Positions 49,863 through 60,463 are shown, numbered from the stretch's first letter. The stretch: 64,000 nt of DNA from Planctomycetota bacterium (GCA_965228735.1 OZ245838.1:192001-256000), one strand, 5' to 3'. Translations and numbers: made by a program. The notes: generated from the sequence alone by a model not told the origin.

Positions 49863-51440
49863 CTACACGTCGCCGATGGTCCAGCGCACGCCGTTCGACG
49901 CGACGAGGCCGAGTGCGTTCACGGCGGGGGACCACGACACCGCCTGCGTCGTGAAGGCGACGCCGAGCAGGGTCGGAGCGGGCGGGATCGCCAGCAGTGC
50001 GCTCGACGCGGTGCCGAGTCCGAGCTGCGTCATGCCGGTGCCCGCGACGTGCTGGTAGCAGCCCGGCGCGCCCACCGCCGACAGCTCGGTCGCGTGCGCC
50101 GCGCTGTGCCACCCGAAGACGAGCGCGGATGCGATGGTGTCGTGCCGCACGTCGGTGAGATCGACGCGCACGCGCTCGCCGACGACGGGCCGGCCGATCG
50201 GCTGCTGGCCGAGTCCAGGGTGATCGGTGCGCGTGACGAACGTCGCCGCCGACGTCAGGTCGAACGGGCCGGGGTCGCGTCCGCCGTCACCGACGCCGTA
50301 GCCGACGAGACAGTCGCCGTTGCCGGCCGGGCTGCCGCCGAGGTTCCACGCGATCTCGAGCCGGTTGTCGGGGTGCACGACGATCTCGAAGGTCCGCCCC
50401 GGCGCCGAGACGTTCGCCGCCGGCACGTCCCAGTAGATGATCCGGGTCGCGCCGGTCTGGGTCGTCGCGGTGTAGACGTTGCGGGCGCCATGCGGCGCGA
50501 GCGCGCACCAGTTGGCCACGAGCAGGGCGGCGCCGCCGCGGAACAGTTCGGCGGGATCCGGGATCGGGGGCGGGGCGAGCAGCCCGGCGTTCTTCAGCAC
50601 CACGCGGCCGTCGGCGAACGCGAGAACGCGCGACGTCGTGCCGGCCGGATGCTGCAGCGGTGCCGTGAGCTGCACGAACGCGGCGCTGCCGGGCGTGAGG
50701 CCGAGGTTCGTCGCGTTCTGCGGCAGCGTGATGTTCGGCGTCGGGCCGCGTACGACGTCGTAGCCGCCGACTGCGTTCGGGAGCAGCTGCAGGCGCTGAT
50801 GGTCGAGGTCGAACGTGCCGGCCGGGAACAGCTCGTAGAACGATCGCGCGCCCTGCTGGCACCGTTCGCCGAAGCGCTCGGCGCGGGCGACGGCGTGCGG
50901 CGCCGTCGTGTCGCGGTAGCGCAGCGTGCCGCTGAAGATGCGCGGCGCGAAGATCGGCGAACCGAGATGCGTGAGCGCCGAGGCGCCGCCAGTGAGCAGG
51001 AGGTCCGAGTTGCCGAACGTCTGCCAGACGACCGACTGCACGTAGGCCGGCTTGACGTCGCGGTGGCGCAGGGCGACGCCGTAGCTGCCGACCGGGAGGG
51101 CGACCGGGCGATCGAGCACGCACCTCGTCGGCTGCTGCAGGCCCGCGGCGAACACCGTTCCGCTGGCGGCGTGCATCCAGTCGATGTTGGCTTCGGTGTG
51201 GCCGAGGAACCGGTCGGGTCGGATCCACACCTCGATCTCGCCCTTGGTGCCGAGCGGCGAGAACAGGTTGACGTCGAGTTCGTAGATCTCGATCGCCTTG
51301 CCCGCGGTGAGGTCGAAGTAGACGGCACCGTCGTGCGAGTTGAGGAACGCGTTCGCGGTCCAGTTCGTGGAGAGCGCGTTTTGCGCGGAGGCCGCGGCCA
51401 TCAGCAGCAGCGCGGTCGTCGTGGTCGGCAGGAGTCGCAT
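49863..51440 (-). CDS. Secreted hypothetical protein
   Basis: Signal peptide MRLLPTTTTALLLMAAASA/Q; beta-rich; C-terminal GAPGC...IP...Q...NALGLVASNG module. Confidence 0.8.
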   Translation of the reverse strand: MRLLPTTTTALLLMAAASAQNALSTNWTANAFLNSHDGAVYFDLTAGKAIEIYELDVNLFSPLGTKGEIEVWIRPDRFLGHTEANIDWMHAASGTVFAAGLQQPTRCVLDRPVALPVGSYGVALRHRDVKPAYVQSVVWQTFGNSDLLLTGGASALTHLGSPIFAPRIFSGTLRYRDTTAPHAVARAERFGERCQQGARSFYELFPAGTFDLDHQRLQLLPNAVGGYDVVRGPTPNITLPQNATNLGLTPGSAAFVQLTAPLQHPAGTTSRVLAFADGRVVLKNAGLLAPPPIPDPAELFRGGAALLVANWCALAPHGARNVYTATTQTGATRIIYWDVPAANVSAPGRTFEIVVHPDNRLEIAWNLGGSPAGNGDCLVGYGVGDGGRDPGPFDLTSAATFVTRTDHPGLGQQPIGRPVVGERVRVDLTDVRHDTIASALVFGWHSAAHATELSAVGAPGCYQHVAGTGMTQLGLGTASSALLAIPPAPTLLGVAFTTQAVSWSPAVNALGLVASNGVRWTIGDV

Positions 51441-51603
51441 CACCAGGGCAGTCGTCCGAACCCGACACGGATTACGTGGCCGGCAAAGGCTCCCGGCGCC
51501 CGGCAATCCCGCCGGTGCAGAGCGCCGGGGCGACAATCCGCGATCGTTGTCGCCGCGCCCGTGACGCGGGGGCTTCCACCGCTATGCTCGCTGGCCACTT
51601 CCG

Positions 51604-53490
51604 ATGACTACGCAGAATCCCTCGACGGTTGGGGCCAGCAAGCCCGTTCAGGACCTGGATCAGGTGATCATCCGCTTCGCCGGCGACTCCGGCGACGGGA
51701 TGCAGCTGACGGGTGATCAGTTCACGCGCACGACGGCGCTGATGGGGAACGACATCGCCACGTTCCCCGACTTCCCGGCCGAGATCCGCGCTCCCGCGGG
51801 CACGCTGCCCGGCGTATCGGCGTTCCAACTGCGCTTCAGCAGCTTCGATATCCACACCCCGGGTGATGCGCCCGACGTGCTCGTCGCGATGAACCCCGCG
51901 GCGCTGAAAGCGCACATCGGCGAGCTCAAGTCTGACGGCGTGCTGCTGCTCAACACGGCGTCGTTCAAGGCGATCGACCTGAAGAAGGCGAAGTACGACG
52001 CCGACCCACGCGAGAACGGTTCGCTCGACGGCTACCGGCTCATCGAGGTCGATCTCGAAGCTCGGACCAAGGAAGCGCTCGCGAACTCGCCGCTCGACAA
52101 CCGCAGCAAGATGCGCTGCAAGAACATGTACGCGCTGGGAATCCTCTACTGGATGTTCCACCGCGACATGGACCCGACGATGAAGGCGATCGCGGCCAAG
52201 TTCAGAAAGAAGCCCGACGTCGTCGACGCCAACCTGGCGGCGATGAAGGCCGGTCACGCCTACGCCGAGACGACCGAGATCTTCCAGAGCGCCTATCGCG
52301 TGCCGCCCGCCAAGATGCAGGCCGGCACGTACCGCAACATCATGGGCAACCAGGGGCTCTGCCTCGGGCTCGTCGCGGCGAGCAAGCAGGCGAATCTGCC
52401 GATCTTCCTCGGCAGTTACCCGATCACCCCGGCGTCCGACATCCTGCACCAGCTCAGCACCTACAAGCACCACGGCGTCGTGACCTTTCAGGCCGAGGAC
52501 GAGATCGCGGCCGTCGCGAGCGCGATCGGCGCGAGCTACTCGGGTCACCTCGGCGTGACGTCGACGTCGGGGCCGGGCATCGCGCTCAAGGCCGAGGCGA
52601 TCGGTCTCGCCGTGATGGCGGAGCTGCCGCTCGTCATCCTGGACGTGCAGCGCGCCGGCCCGAGCACGGGAATGCCCACGAAGACGCAGCAGGCCGACCT
52701 GCTGCAGGTGATGTACGGGCGCAACGGTGAGTCACCGTGCTGCGTGCTCGCGGCCTCGACGCCGTCGGACGCGTTCGATACGGCCTACGAAGCGGTGCGC
52801 ATCGCGGTGAAATACATGTTGCCGGTGATCGTGCTGTCCGACGGCTACATCGCGAACGGCAGCGAGCCGTGGTTGCTGCCCGACGTCGAGTCGCTGCCGG
52901 AGATCCCGGTCGAGTTCGCCAAGGAGACCGCGGGCGACACCAAGTTCATGCCCTACGAGCGCAACCAGAAGACGCTGGCCCGACCGTGGGCGAAGCCCGG
53001 CACCAAGGGGCTCGTGCACCGCATCGGCGGACTCGAGAAGCGCGACGTCACGGGCAACATCGATTACTCGCCGGAGAACCACCAGCACATGATCGATACG
53101 CGGGCGCAGAAGGTGCAGAACATCGCTGACGACCTGCCGCCCACGGCCGTGCTCGGGGAGCGCACCGGCGACCTGCTCGTGCTCGGCTGGGGCAGCACCC
53201 GCGGCGCGATCACCGCGGCGGTGCAGCAGCTCCAGGGCAAGGGCAAGAAGGTGAGCGCCGCGTTCCTGCGCCACCTCAATCCGCTGCCGAACGATCTCGA
53301 GGGTCTGATGCGCGGCTTCGGCAAGGTCGTGCTCCCCGAGATGAACAAGGGCCAGCTCGCGATGATGCTGCGCTCCCGATTCCTGATCGACGTGGTGAGC
53401 TACAGTCAGGTGAACGGCCAGCCGTTCAAGAGCCACGACGTCCTCGCCTACCTCGAGAACACGCTGCAGACGATGCAGGAGGGCAACTGA
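51604..53490 (+). CDS. korA: 2-oxoacid:ferredoxin oxidoreductase alpha subunit
   Basis: IRFAGDSGDGMQL, SYPITPAS, QAEDE, TSGPG, QRAGPSTGMPT. Confidence 0.93.
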   Translation: MTTQNPSTVGASKPVQDLDQVIIRFAGDSGDGMQLTGDQFTRTTALMGNDIATFPDFPAEIRAPAGTLPGVSAFQLRFSSFDIHTPGDAPDVLVAMNPAALKAHIGELKSDGVLLLNTASFKAIDLKKAKYDADPRENGSLDGYRLIEVDLEARTKEALANSPLDNRSKMRCKNMYALGILYWMFHRDMDPTMKAIAAKFRKKPDVVDANLAAMKAGHAYAETTEIFQSAYRVPPAKMQAGTYRNIMGNQGLCLGLVAASKQANLPIFLGSYPITPASDILHQLSTYKHHGVVTFQAEDEIAAVASAIGASYSGHLGVTSTSGPGIALKAEAIGLAVMAELPLVILDVQRAGPSTGMPTKTQQADLLQVMYGRNGESPCCVLAASTPSDAFDTAYEAVRIAVKYMLPVIVLSDGYIANGSEPWLLPDVESLPEIPVEFAKETAGDTKFMPYERNQKTLARPWAKPGTKGLVHRIGGLEKRDVTGNIDYSPENHQHMIDTRAQKVQNIADDLPPTAVLGERTGDLLVLGWGSTRGAITAAVQQLQGKGKKVSAAFLRHLNPLPNDLEGLMRGFGKVVLPEMNKGQLAMMLRSRFLIDVVSYSQVNGQPFKSHDVLAYLENTLQTMQEGN

Positions 53491-54500
53491 TGACCACCGC
53501 CGACCGACCGCCGCTCACCAAGAAAGACTACAAGTCCGATCAGGAGGTGCGCTGGTGCCCCGGGTGCGGGGACTATTCGATCCTCAACTCCGTGCAGGGC
53601 GCGTTCGCCAAGCTCGGCAAGCAGCTGCACGAGACCGTGATCATCTCCGGCATCGGGTGCAGTTCGCGCTTCCCGTACTACATGGAGACCTACGGCTTCC
53701 ACACGATCCACGGCCGGGCGCCGGCGATCGCGACGGGTGTCAAGGTCAGCAATCCCGAGCTCGACGTCTGGGTCGTCACCGGTGACGGCGACGCGATGTC
53801 GATCGGGGGCAACCACTTCATCCACGCCCTGCGCCGCAACGTCGGCCTCAAGATCCTGATGTTCAACAACCGGATCTACGGGCTCACGAAGGGCCAGTAC
53901 TCGCCGACCAGCGAGCAGGGCAAGGTCACGAAGAGCACGCCGCTCGGTTCGGTCGACTACCCGTTCTCGCCGATCGCGCTGGCGCTCGGGGCGCGGGCGA
54001 CCTACGTCGCGCGCAGCATCGACATCCTCGGGCCGCACCTCGAGGGGCAGGTGATGAAGGCCGACGAGCACGACGGGACCGCGGTGCTCGAGATCTATCA
54101 GAACTGCAACATCTTCAACGACGGCGCGTTCAAGGGCTTCACGGACAAGGACGTCCGCGACGAGCGCATCATGCAGCTCGAGCACGGTGAGCCGTTGTTG
54201 TTCGGGGCGAACAAGGACAAGGGCATCCGCTTCAACGAGAGCTTCCAGCCCGAGATCGTCACGGGCTCCGACCTCGCCTCGGCATTCGTCTGGGACGAGA
54301 TGGCGGAGAACTTCGCGCCCGCGATGGCGCTCGCGACGATGGACGAGAGCAGGTTCCCCGTGCCGATCGGGGTGTTCCGCCGGCGCGCGAAGGCGCCGTT
54401 CGAGACGGCCGTCAACGAGCAGGTGACGGCCGCGATGAAGAACAAGCAGGAGTCGGTGCACGACCTGCTCTACAGCGGCGAGACTTGGACCGTCGAGTGA
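53490..54500 (+). CDS. korB: 2-oxoacid:ferredoxin oxidoreductase beta subunit
   Basis: WCPGCGD, SGIGCSSR, HGRA, GDGD, NNRIYGLTKGQYSPT. Confidence 0.95.
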   Translation: MTTADRPPLTKKDYKSDQEVRWCPGCGDYSILNSVQGAFAKLGKQLHETVIISGIGCSSRFPYYMETYGFHTIHGRAPAIATGVKVSNPELDVWVVTGDGDAMSIGGNHFIHALRRNVGLKILMFNNRIYGLTKGQYSPTSEQGKVTKSTPLGSVDYPFSPIALALGARATYVARSIDILGPHLEGQVMKADEHDGTAVLEIYQNCNIFNDGAFKGFTDKDVRDERIMQLEHGEPLLFGANKDKGIRFNESFQPEIVTGSDLASAFVWDEMAENFAPAMALATMDESRFPVPIGVFRRRAKAPFETAVNEQVTAAMKNKQESVHDLLYSGETWTVE

Positions 54501-54540
54501 CGCGCGGCCGCCGATCGGCCGTGCGACCCGTGCTGCGGCG

Positions 54541-56184
54541 ATGACGGCGCGCGGGGCCTGGCGCTGGGCGATCGGCGTCGCCGTTCTCGCGTTCGTGCCG
54601 TTCTGGCCGGCGCTCGACGCCCAGTTCACCAACTGGGACGACCAGGCGCTGCTGCTCGTCAACGAGCGCTGGCGCGGCTTCTCGGGCGAGTCGCTCGCCT
54701 GGATGTTCGGTTCGACGTTCCACGGGCATTACCAGCCGCTCACGTGGTTGAGCTACGCCGTCGATCACGCCTGCTGCGGGCTCGATCCGGCGGCGTTCCA
54801 TCGGACGAACCTGCTGCTACACGCGCTGAACGCCGTGCTCGTCTTCTGGGTGTTGCGGCTGCTGCGGCCGGGTCGGGTGCCGGCCTGGATCGCCGCGGTC
54901 GGGGCGCTGTTGTTCGCGGTCCATCCGCTGCGCGTCGAGGTCGTGGCGTGGGTCACCGAGCGTCGCATGCTGCTCGCGGCTGCGTTCTGGCTCGTCGCGG
55001 TCGGGTTGTATCTGCGCGCGCACCAGCGGTCGCCGTCGGGGCGAGTGCGTGACCTCGTGCTCGTCTACGGCAGCATGACGCTGAGCCTGTTCGCTGCCGG
55101 TTGGGCGATGACGTTGCCCGTGGTGTTGCTCGTGCTCGATTTCCGGCCGCTGCAGCGGCGGGCGCGCGGCGTCTCGTGGCGGCGTTTGCTCGTCGAGAAG
55201 CTGCCGGCCCTCGCCGTGGTGGGAGCGTTCGCCTTGGTCGCGATCGCCGCGCAGTCCGAAGCCGGCGCGCGGATCTCGTACGACGACCACACGCTGATCG
55301 CGCGGTGCGCGCAGGCCGCGTACTCGCTCGTGTTCTATCTGGGCGCGACCGTCGTGCCGTTGAACCTGGCGCCGCTCTATCCGCTCGAGCACGCGCTCGA
55401 CGTCGCCGAGTTCCGGTTCGTGGGCAGCGTGGTCCTGGTGCTCGGGGTTGCCGTCGCGCTCGTGCTGTGCCGGCGGCGCACGCCGTGGCCCGGGGGGCTC
55501 GGGGCGGCGGCCATCGTCTACGTCGTCGTGCTCTCGCCCGTGCTCGGGTTCGCGCAGAGCGGCCCGCAGCTCGCCGCGGATCGCTACACCTATCTCGCGG
55601 GCCTCGTGCTGCCGGCGCTGCTCGTCTGCTGGCCGGCTGCGATCGCTCGCCCGCGCGTCACCGGGCTCACCGCCGCCGCCGTGCTCGTCGTCTTCGCCGT
55701 TCTCACGTATCGGCAGGCGGGCATCTGGCGCGACTCGATTCGACTGTGGGAGCACACGATCGCGCTGCAGCCGGGCAGCTTCAACGCGCACCTCAACTAC
55801 GCCGGTGCGCTCAAGCAACGCGGCGGTCCGGGCGACGCCGAACGCGCGCTCGCGGAGTTCCGCCGCACGGTCGAGCTGCAGCCGAACGAGTTCAAGGCGT
55901 GGACCGCGATCGGTGCGGCCGAGTACCGGGGCGGCAACTTCGCCGCGAGCCTCGCGGCCTACACGCGGGCGCACGAGCTCGTGCCCGGGTCGGCCGCCTA
56001 CCTGCATGGCATGGCGATCGCGACGTTCGAGCTCGGTCGCTTCGACGACTGCGTGCGCCTCTGCGAGCAGTGTCACGCCGTGGATCCGAGCTGGCCGCAT
56101 GCCTGGGCCGTGCTCGCCGAGGCCCTCGCGCGGCTCGGCCGGCACGACGAGGCGCAGCGGGCGCGTTCGCGCGTTCGGCGGTGA
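54541..56184 (+). CDS. TMTC-like GT-C membrane glycosyltransferase with C-terminal TPRs
   Basis: FTNWDD, YQPLTWLSY, FHRTNLLLH, HPLRVEVVAWVTER, ADRYTY, WRDSIRLW, then TPR-like helices. Confidence 0.75.
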   Translation: MTARGAWRWAIGVAVLAFVPFWPALDAQFTNWDDQALLLVNERWRGFSGESLAWMFGSTFHGHYQPLTWLSYAVDHACCGLDPAAFHRTNLLLHALNAVLVFWVLRLLRPGRVPAWIAAVGALLFAVHPLRVEVVAWVTERRMLLAAAFWLVAVGLYLRAHQRSPSGRVRDLVLVYGSMTLSLFAAGWAMTLPVVLLVLDFRPLQRRARGVSWRRLLVEKLPALAVVGAFALVAIAAQSEAGARISYDDHTLIARCAQAAYSLVFYLGATVVPLNLAPLYPLEHALDVAEFRFVGSVVLVLGVAVALVLCRRRTPWPGGLGAAAIVYVVVLSPVLGFAQSGPQLAADRYTYLAGLVLPALLVCWPAAIARPRVTGLTAAAVLVVFAVLTYRQAGIWRDSIRLWEHTIALQPGSFNAHLNYAGALKQRGGPGDAERALAEFRRTVELQPNEFKAWTAIGAAEYRGGNFAASLAAYTRAHELVPGSAAYLHGMAIATFELGRFDDCVRLCEQCHAVDPSWPHAWAVLAEALARLGRHDEAQRARSRVRR

Positions 56185-56231
56185 GCGGTTGCGGCGCCGC
56201 GCCGGTGAGCGAAGGAGCGGTCGGCGCGCCC

Positions 56232-58190
56232 TCAATCGCAGCGCCGCACGAGCACGTGGAAACGCGTCCCGAGCGGCAGCGGCGCGAAACCCTGATTGAA
56301 GACGGCCCAGCGCGCCGTGCTGTAATCGTAGTAGACGCCGACCGCGTGGGGGTTGGCCGGAACGCCGGTGCCCGTGCGACGGGTGATCACGGCGACGGCG
56401 TCCGGGCGGCCGTTCAGGTCCGGGTGGTCGAGGCGGCTCACGTGCGGCAGGCCGCCGAGGCTGCCGCTCGTCACCGTGTGTTCGAAGGTGGTGAGCTCGC
56501 TCGCCAGATCATCGTTGCCGAGCACCTGGAAGCGCTTGCCGGTCGGCAGCGGCGCGCCGTCGAGGTTCTTGATCTGCCACCGTTGTAGACTCGCCGAATA
56601 CTGCACGCCGGTCGGGTGGTCGTTGGTAACCAGGGCGCGCGGCTGGATGACCGGCAGGGCATTCGGTTGCCCGTTGAGGCTCGGGTGGTCGAGCGTCGTC
56701 GTCGCGCCGGTCGTGTTCGTGGCGTCGGCCGTGTGGAAGAACGTCGGCGCCGTGCGGTTGGGATGGACGAGGTTGAACCCCGAGCCCACGGGGATGGCGC
56801 CGCCGCTCTCGGACCTCAGATACCAGTGCTGCGGGGGGAGGCCGTAGAAGCCGACGGCGATCTCGGTGTCGTTGTAGACCCCGGTCTGGCCCGGTGGATT
56901 CCAGACCTTCGAGATGAAGAACAGGTCCGTCGGATCCGCGATCAGCGGCAGCTGGATGTAGCCCGATCCGCTGCTGCTCACGTACTGCCGCGCGGCGCCG
57001 CGCGGCAGCGGATCCATCTCCAGGACGTTGAATGCAGCGCCGGCCGGGATGCCCGGCGATTGGCGGTTCTGCAGCCGCCAGGTGCCGGTGATCAGGAGGT
57101 CGAAGTAGAACGTGAAGTGGCCGGGGTTGTAGACGCCCTGCCAGTGCTGGGTTGCGAACAGCAGCGCGCGATCGCCCTCGTGGACGGGCACGGGCACCGT
57201 GCTGCCGGGGCCGCTGTGCTGCAAGACCTGGGAGTTGACGACGCCGTGCAGGTGCGCGTCGGCGACGACGACCTGGAAGCTCATGTTCGCCGGCATCGGC
57301 GCGATGTCCTGATTGAACACGCGCCAGTGGAGGCCGTCGTAGTAGACGCCGATCGGTGAGTTGTTGTAGGCGCCGCTGCCGGTCCGGAAGAGCTTGGTGA
57401 CGTGCACGACGGCGTTCGGGTTGCCGTTGAGCGCCGGGTGGTCGAGCCGCGACGTGTGGGTCGAGACGTTCGGGACGTGGTGCTGCTGGAACTGCGTCGC
57501 GGCGCTGTTCGGCAGCAGAACGAGGAAGCTCCCCGCGGTCGTCATCGGCGCGAGGTCCTGATGGAAGATCGTCCATCGCTCCGAGCCATGGTTGTACCAG
57601 ACGCCGATGTCGCTCGATGTCGTCGTGTAGGTCGGTTGCACGAGGAACACCGCGTCGGGTTCGCCGTTCAGGTCCGGGTGGTCGAGCACCGTCCAGTTGT
57701 TGCTGATCGTGCCCGCGGTCGGGCGGTGCGAGAACACGTCGGAGGTGTGGTCGAGGCGCAGTTCGACACCGCCTGACCACGAGAGCCCGCCCGGGGCGGC
57801 GGTGTCGAGCACCGCCGCCTGGGCGTAGATCGACAGGCGGCACGGATAGTCGGGTAGCGGCATCGTCGCGGCAACCGCGGTGCCCGTGCTCGGCATCAGC
57901 AGCGTGATCGCAGCGTCGTTGTAGAGCAGGCAGCCTGGCATGCCGTACGGGGCGAGAGAGACGCCCGGCGACGTGTCGACGAGGCTGAACGCGAGGATCC
58001 CGGGGGCGCCGGGTGGCGTGGCGTCACAGACGAGCGGGTAGGGCTGACCGGGCTCGAGCCGGGCGCCCGCGGCGGGCCGCAGCTCGGGTGCGCCGCCGCA
58101 GCCCTGGCCGTAGCGCAGGACCTGCGCCATGAGCTGGCTCGTGGATGCGGCCAGGACGAATGCGGAGAGAACCGGGAGCGCGCGTGCCAT
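56232..58190 (-). CDS. Secreted repeat protein (LDHPxLNGxPxA repeats), paralogue A
   Basis: Signal peptide (..QLMA/Q); four clear and about two degenerate ~80-aa repeats. Confidence 0.85.
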   Translation of the reverse strand: MARALPVLSAFVLAASTSQLMAQVLRYGQGCGGAPELRPAAGARLEPGQPYPLVCDATPPGAPGILAFSLVDTSPGVSLAPYGMPGCLLYNDAAITLLMPSTGTAVAATMPLPDYPCRLSIYAQAAVLDTAAPGGLSWSGGVELRLDHTSDVFSHRPTAGTISNNWTVLDHPDLNGEPDAVFLVQPTYTTTSSDIGVWYNHGSERWTIFHQDLAPMTTAGSFLVLLPNSAATQFQQHHVPNVSTHTSRLDHPALNGNPNAVVHVTKLFRTGSGAYNNSPIGVYYDGLHWRVFNQDIAPMPANMSFQVVVADAHLHGVVNSQVLQHSGPGSTVPVPVHEGDRALLFATQHWQGVYNPGHFTFYFDLLITGTWRLQNRQSPGIPAGAAFNVLEMDPLPRGAARQYVSSSGSGYIQLPLIADPTDLFFISKVWNPPGQTGVYNDTEIAVGFYGLPPQHWYLRSESGGAIPVGSGFNLVHPNRTAPTFFHTADATNTTGATTTLDHPSLNGQPNALPVIQPRALVTNDHPTGVQYSASLQRWQIKNLDGAPLPTGKRFQVLGNDDLASELTTFEHTVTSGSLGGLPHVSRLDHPDLNGRPDAVAVITRRTGTGVPANPHAVGVYYDYSTARWAVFNQGFAPLPLGTRFHVLVRRCD

Positions 58191-58276
58191 GAAAGAGGCA
58201 GTGCCGTGCGCGGCCTCGCATCGCGCGCCTTTCTGCCGTTCTCGTCGGCAGCTCCGCGGCGAGGCCGAGCGGGAGT

Positions 58277-60298
58277 TCAGTCGCAGTCGCGCCGAACCAT
58301 GACCTGGAACTCCGCGTTCGGCACGAGTGGCGCGATGTCCTGGTTGAAGATCAGCCACTTGCCGATCGTGTGGTCGTAGTAGACGCCGATCGTATGCGGG
58401 TTCGTGACACCCCAGAAGCTCACGCGCTGGGTCACGACCGGATGCGCGTCGGGTCGACCGTTGAGCGCCGGATGATCGAGCAGCGTGGCGTGCGCGAGGA
58501 TGGTGTTCGCGGTCGTCGTCGTGTGGTCGAAGAACGCGATCTCCGGGGTGGTCCGCGCGTTGCCGACGACGACGAAGAACGACTTGCCCGTTGGCATCGG
58601 CGCGCCGTCGAGGTTCTGGATCTGCCAGCGCGCGAGGCCAGGAATCCACCGCACGCCCGTGGGGTGCGGGTTGCTCACGCCGTCCACGGCCTGGACGAAC
58701 GGTCGGGCGTCGGGTCGGCCGTTGAGCGCCGGATGATCGAGCGTCATCGCCGCACCGGCAGTGTTGCCGCTGGTCGTGCCGACGAGGACCGCATCCGCCG
58801 TGCGGTTGGGAACGAGGCAGTTGAACGAGGCGCCCGCGGTCACGCTGCCGCCGTTCTCCGGGAGGATCTGCCAGTGGGCGGTCGAGTCGTACTGCAACGC
58901 CACCTCGTGATCGAAGTAGACGCCGCCCGAGCCCGGCGGGTTCCAGTTGCCCGTCACCAGCATCTTGCGCGCGCCGTCGTCCGTGCTGCCGGGGACGAAG
59001 ACGGCGGTCGTTGCAGACTGCGCGGTAGCGACCAACGACTCACCGCGCGGGACGGTGTCCATCTGCAGCACGTTGAAGCTCGCGTTGGCCGGGATGTTCT
59101 GCTGCGGCAGTGAGTTGTTGCGCAGGAGCCAGAAGTGGCCGAGCCCGTAGCCGAAGTAGACCGTCTGCAGGTTGGGGTTGTAGGCGCCGGGCACGCCCGG
59201 CGGGGCGAAGTGCTGGGTGAGGAAGATGCGGCCGCGGTCGTCGCCGTCGAGCGTCGGACTGCGGACCGGCAACTCGAGGACGGCGCCCGGCGCGGTGTAG
59301 ACGCGATTGGTCTGCACGCCCGCCAGGTGCTGGTCCGCGACGACGATCTGAAATGCCGCCGCCGCGGGCATCGGGGCGAGCGTCTGGTTGAAGATCGTCC
59401 AGCGCGCCGCGCCGTGGTCGTACCACACGCCGATCGGGTCCTGGTGGTATCCCGCGAGGCCGCTGCCCGACACGTAGAGCTTGGATACCTGGATCAGCGC
59501 GCCGGGGTCGCCGTTGATCGCCGGGTGGTCGAGTCGGGTGATGTGACCCGCCGTGTTGCCGCCGGTCACGCGGTGCCGGAACGTCGTCGCGCCGCTGTTT
59601 GGCAGGAGCAGCAGGAACGGATGCAGAGACATCGGCGACTGGTCCTGGTTGAACACCGTCCAGCGCTCGCGGTTGTCGTCGTACCAGACGCCGATGTCCG
59701 TCGACCCGATCCAGCCGTCGCGCGCGAGGAAGATCGCGTCCGGTCTGCCGTTGAGATCGGGATGATCGAGCACGCTGAAGTTGGCGACGTTCGTCGAAGC
59801 ACCCGACCAGTGGACCGGGGTGTCGGAAACGGCGTCGAGGTCGAGGTGAGCGGCCTGGGTCCAGGCGACGCCGAGTGCGTTCGCAGCTGGATCGAGGATC
59901 GCTGCCTGGGCGTGGATCCGGACCCGACACGGCCAGTTGGGCATCGGGAACGTCGTGCTCGACACGCTGCCGTTGCCGAGGATCGGCACCGCGATGTCGG
60001 CGGCGTTGTAGAGCCGGCAGCCCGGCATCCCGAACGTGTCGAGCGGGACCCCGGGCACGTTGCCGAGCAGGCTCACGAACAGGAGCCCGGGTGCGTTCGT
60101 TGGCCCGCCGTGGACTTCGAGGTCGTAGGCCTTGCCGTAGTCGAGCCGGGCGCCGACTGCTGGCATGAGTGTGGGGGGCGAGCCGGCGCCACAGCCAGAG
60201 CCGTGGGAATGGAACTGGGCTGCAGCGGTCGGCAGGAGGGCGACGAACACGGCGAGCGCGCGGAACAGCGGTCGGGTCGGGAGCGGAGCACGCGTCAT
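58277..60298 (-). CDS. Secreted repeat protein (LDHPxLNGxPxA repeats), paralogue B
   Basis: Signal peptide (..TAAA/Q); colinear with paralogue A. Confidence 0.85.
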   Translation of the reverse strand: MTRAPLPTRPLFRALAVFVALLPTAAAQFHSHGSGCGAGSPPTLMPAVGARLDYGKAYDLEVHGGPTNAPGLLFVSLLGNVPGVPLDTFGMPGCRLYNAADIAVPILGNGSVSSTTFPMPNWPCRVRIHAQAAILDPAANALGVAWTQAAHLDLDAVSDTPVHWSGASTNVANFSVLDHPDLNGRPDAIFLARDGWIGSTDIGVWYDDNRERWTVFNQDQSPMSLHPFLLLLPNSGATTFRHRVTGGNTAGHITRLDHPAINGDPGALIQVSKLYVSGSGLAGYHQDPIGVWYDHGAARWTIFNQTLAPMPAAAAFQIVVADQHLAGVQTNRVYTAPGAVLELPVRSPTLDGDDRGRIFLTQHFAPPGVPGAYNPNLQTVYFGYGLGHFWLLRNNSLPQQNIPANASFNVLQMDTVPRGESLVATAQSATTAVFVPGSTDDGARKMLVTGNWNPPGSGGVYFDHEVALQYDSTAHWQILPENGGSVTAGASFNCLVPNRTADAVLVGTTSGNTAGAAMTLDHPALNGRPDARPFVQAVDGVSNPHPTGVRWIPGLARWQIQNLDGAPMPTGKSFFVVVGNARTTPEIAFFDHTTTTANTILAHATLLDHPALNGRPDAHPVVTQRVSFWGVTNPHTIGVYYDHTIGKWLIFNQDIAPLVPNAEFQVMVRRDCD

Positions 60299-60445
60299 GC
60301 CAGAAGCAGTGCCCGGGCACGGAAAAGCGCTCGCTCGGGCCGCGGAATTCGCCTGCCGGGAGACTGCTGGCTTGGGTGTGGATCGCGGGTCGTTCGGAGG
60401 TAATGCGGCAAGGCGAAATATCCTGCCAGCATTCCTATGTTGAAA

Positions 60446-60463
60446 TATCACGATCCCGTGATA
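60446..60463. promoter_or_regulatory. Candidate SahR operator
   Basis: Palindrome TATCACG-ATCC-CGTGATA ending 14 nt before the sahR ATG. Confidence 0.7.
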
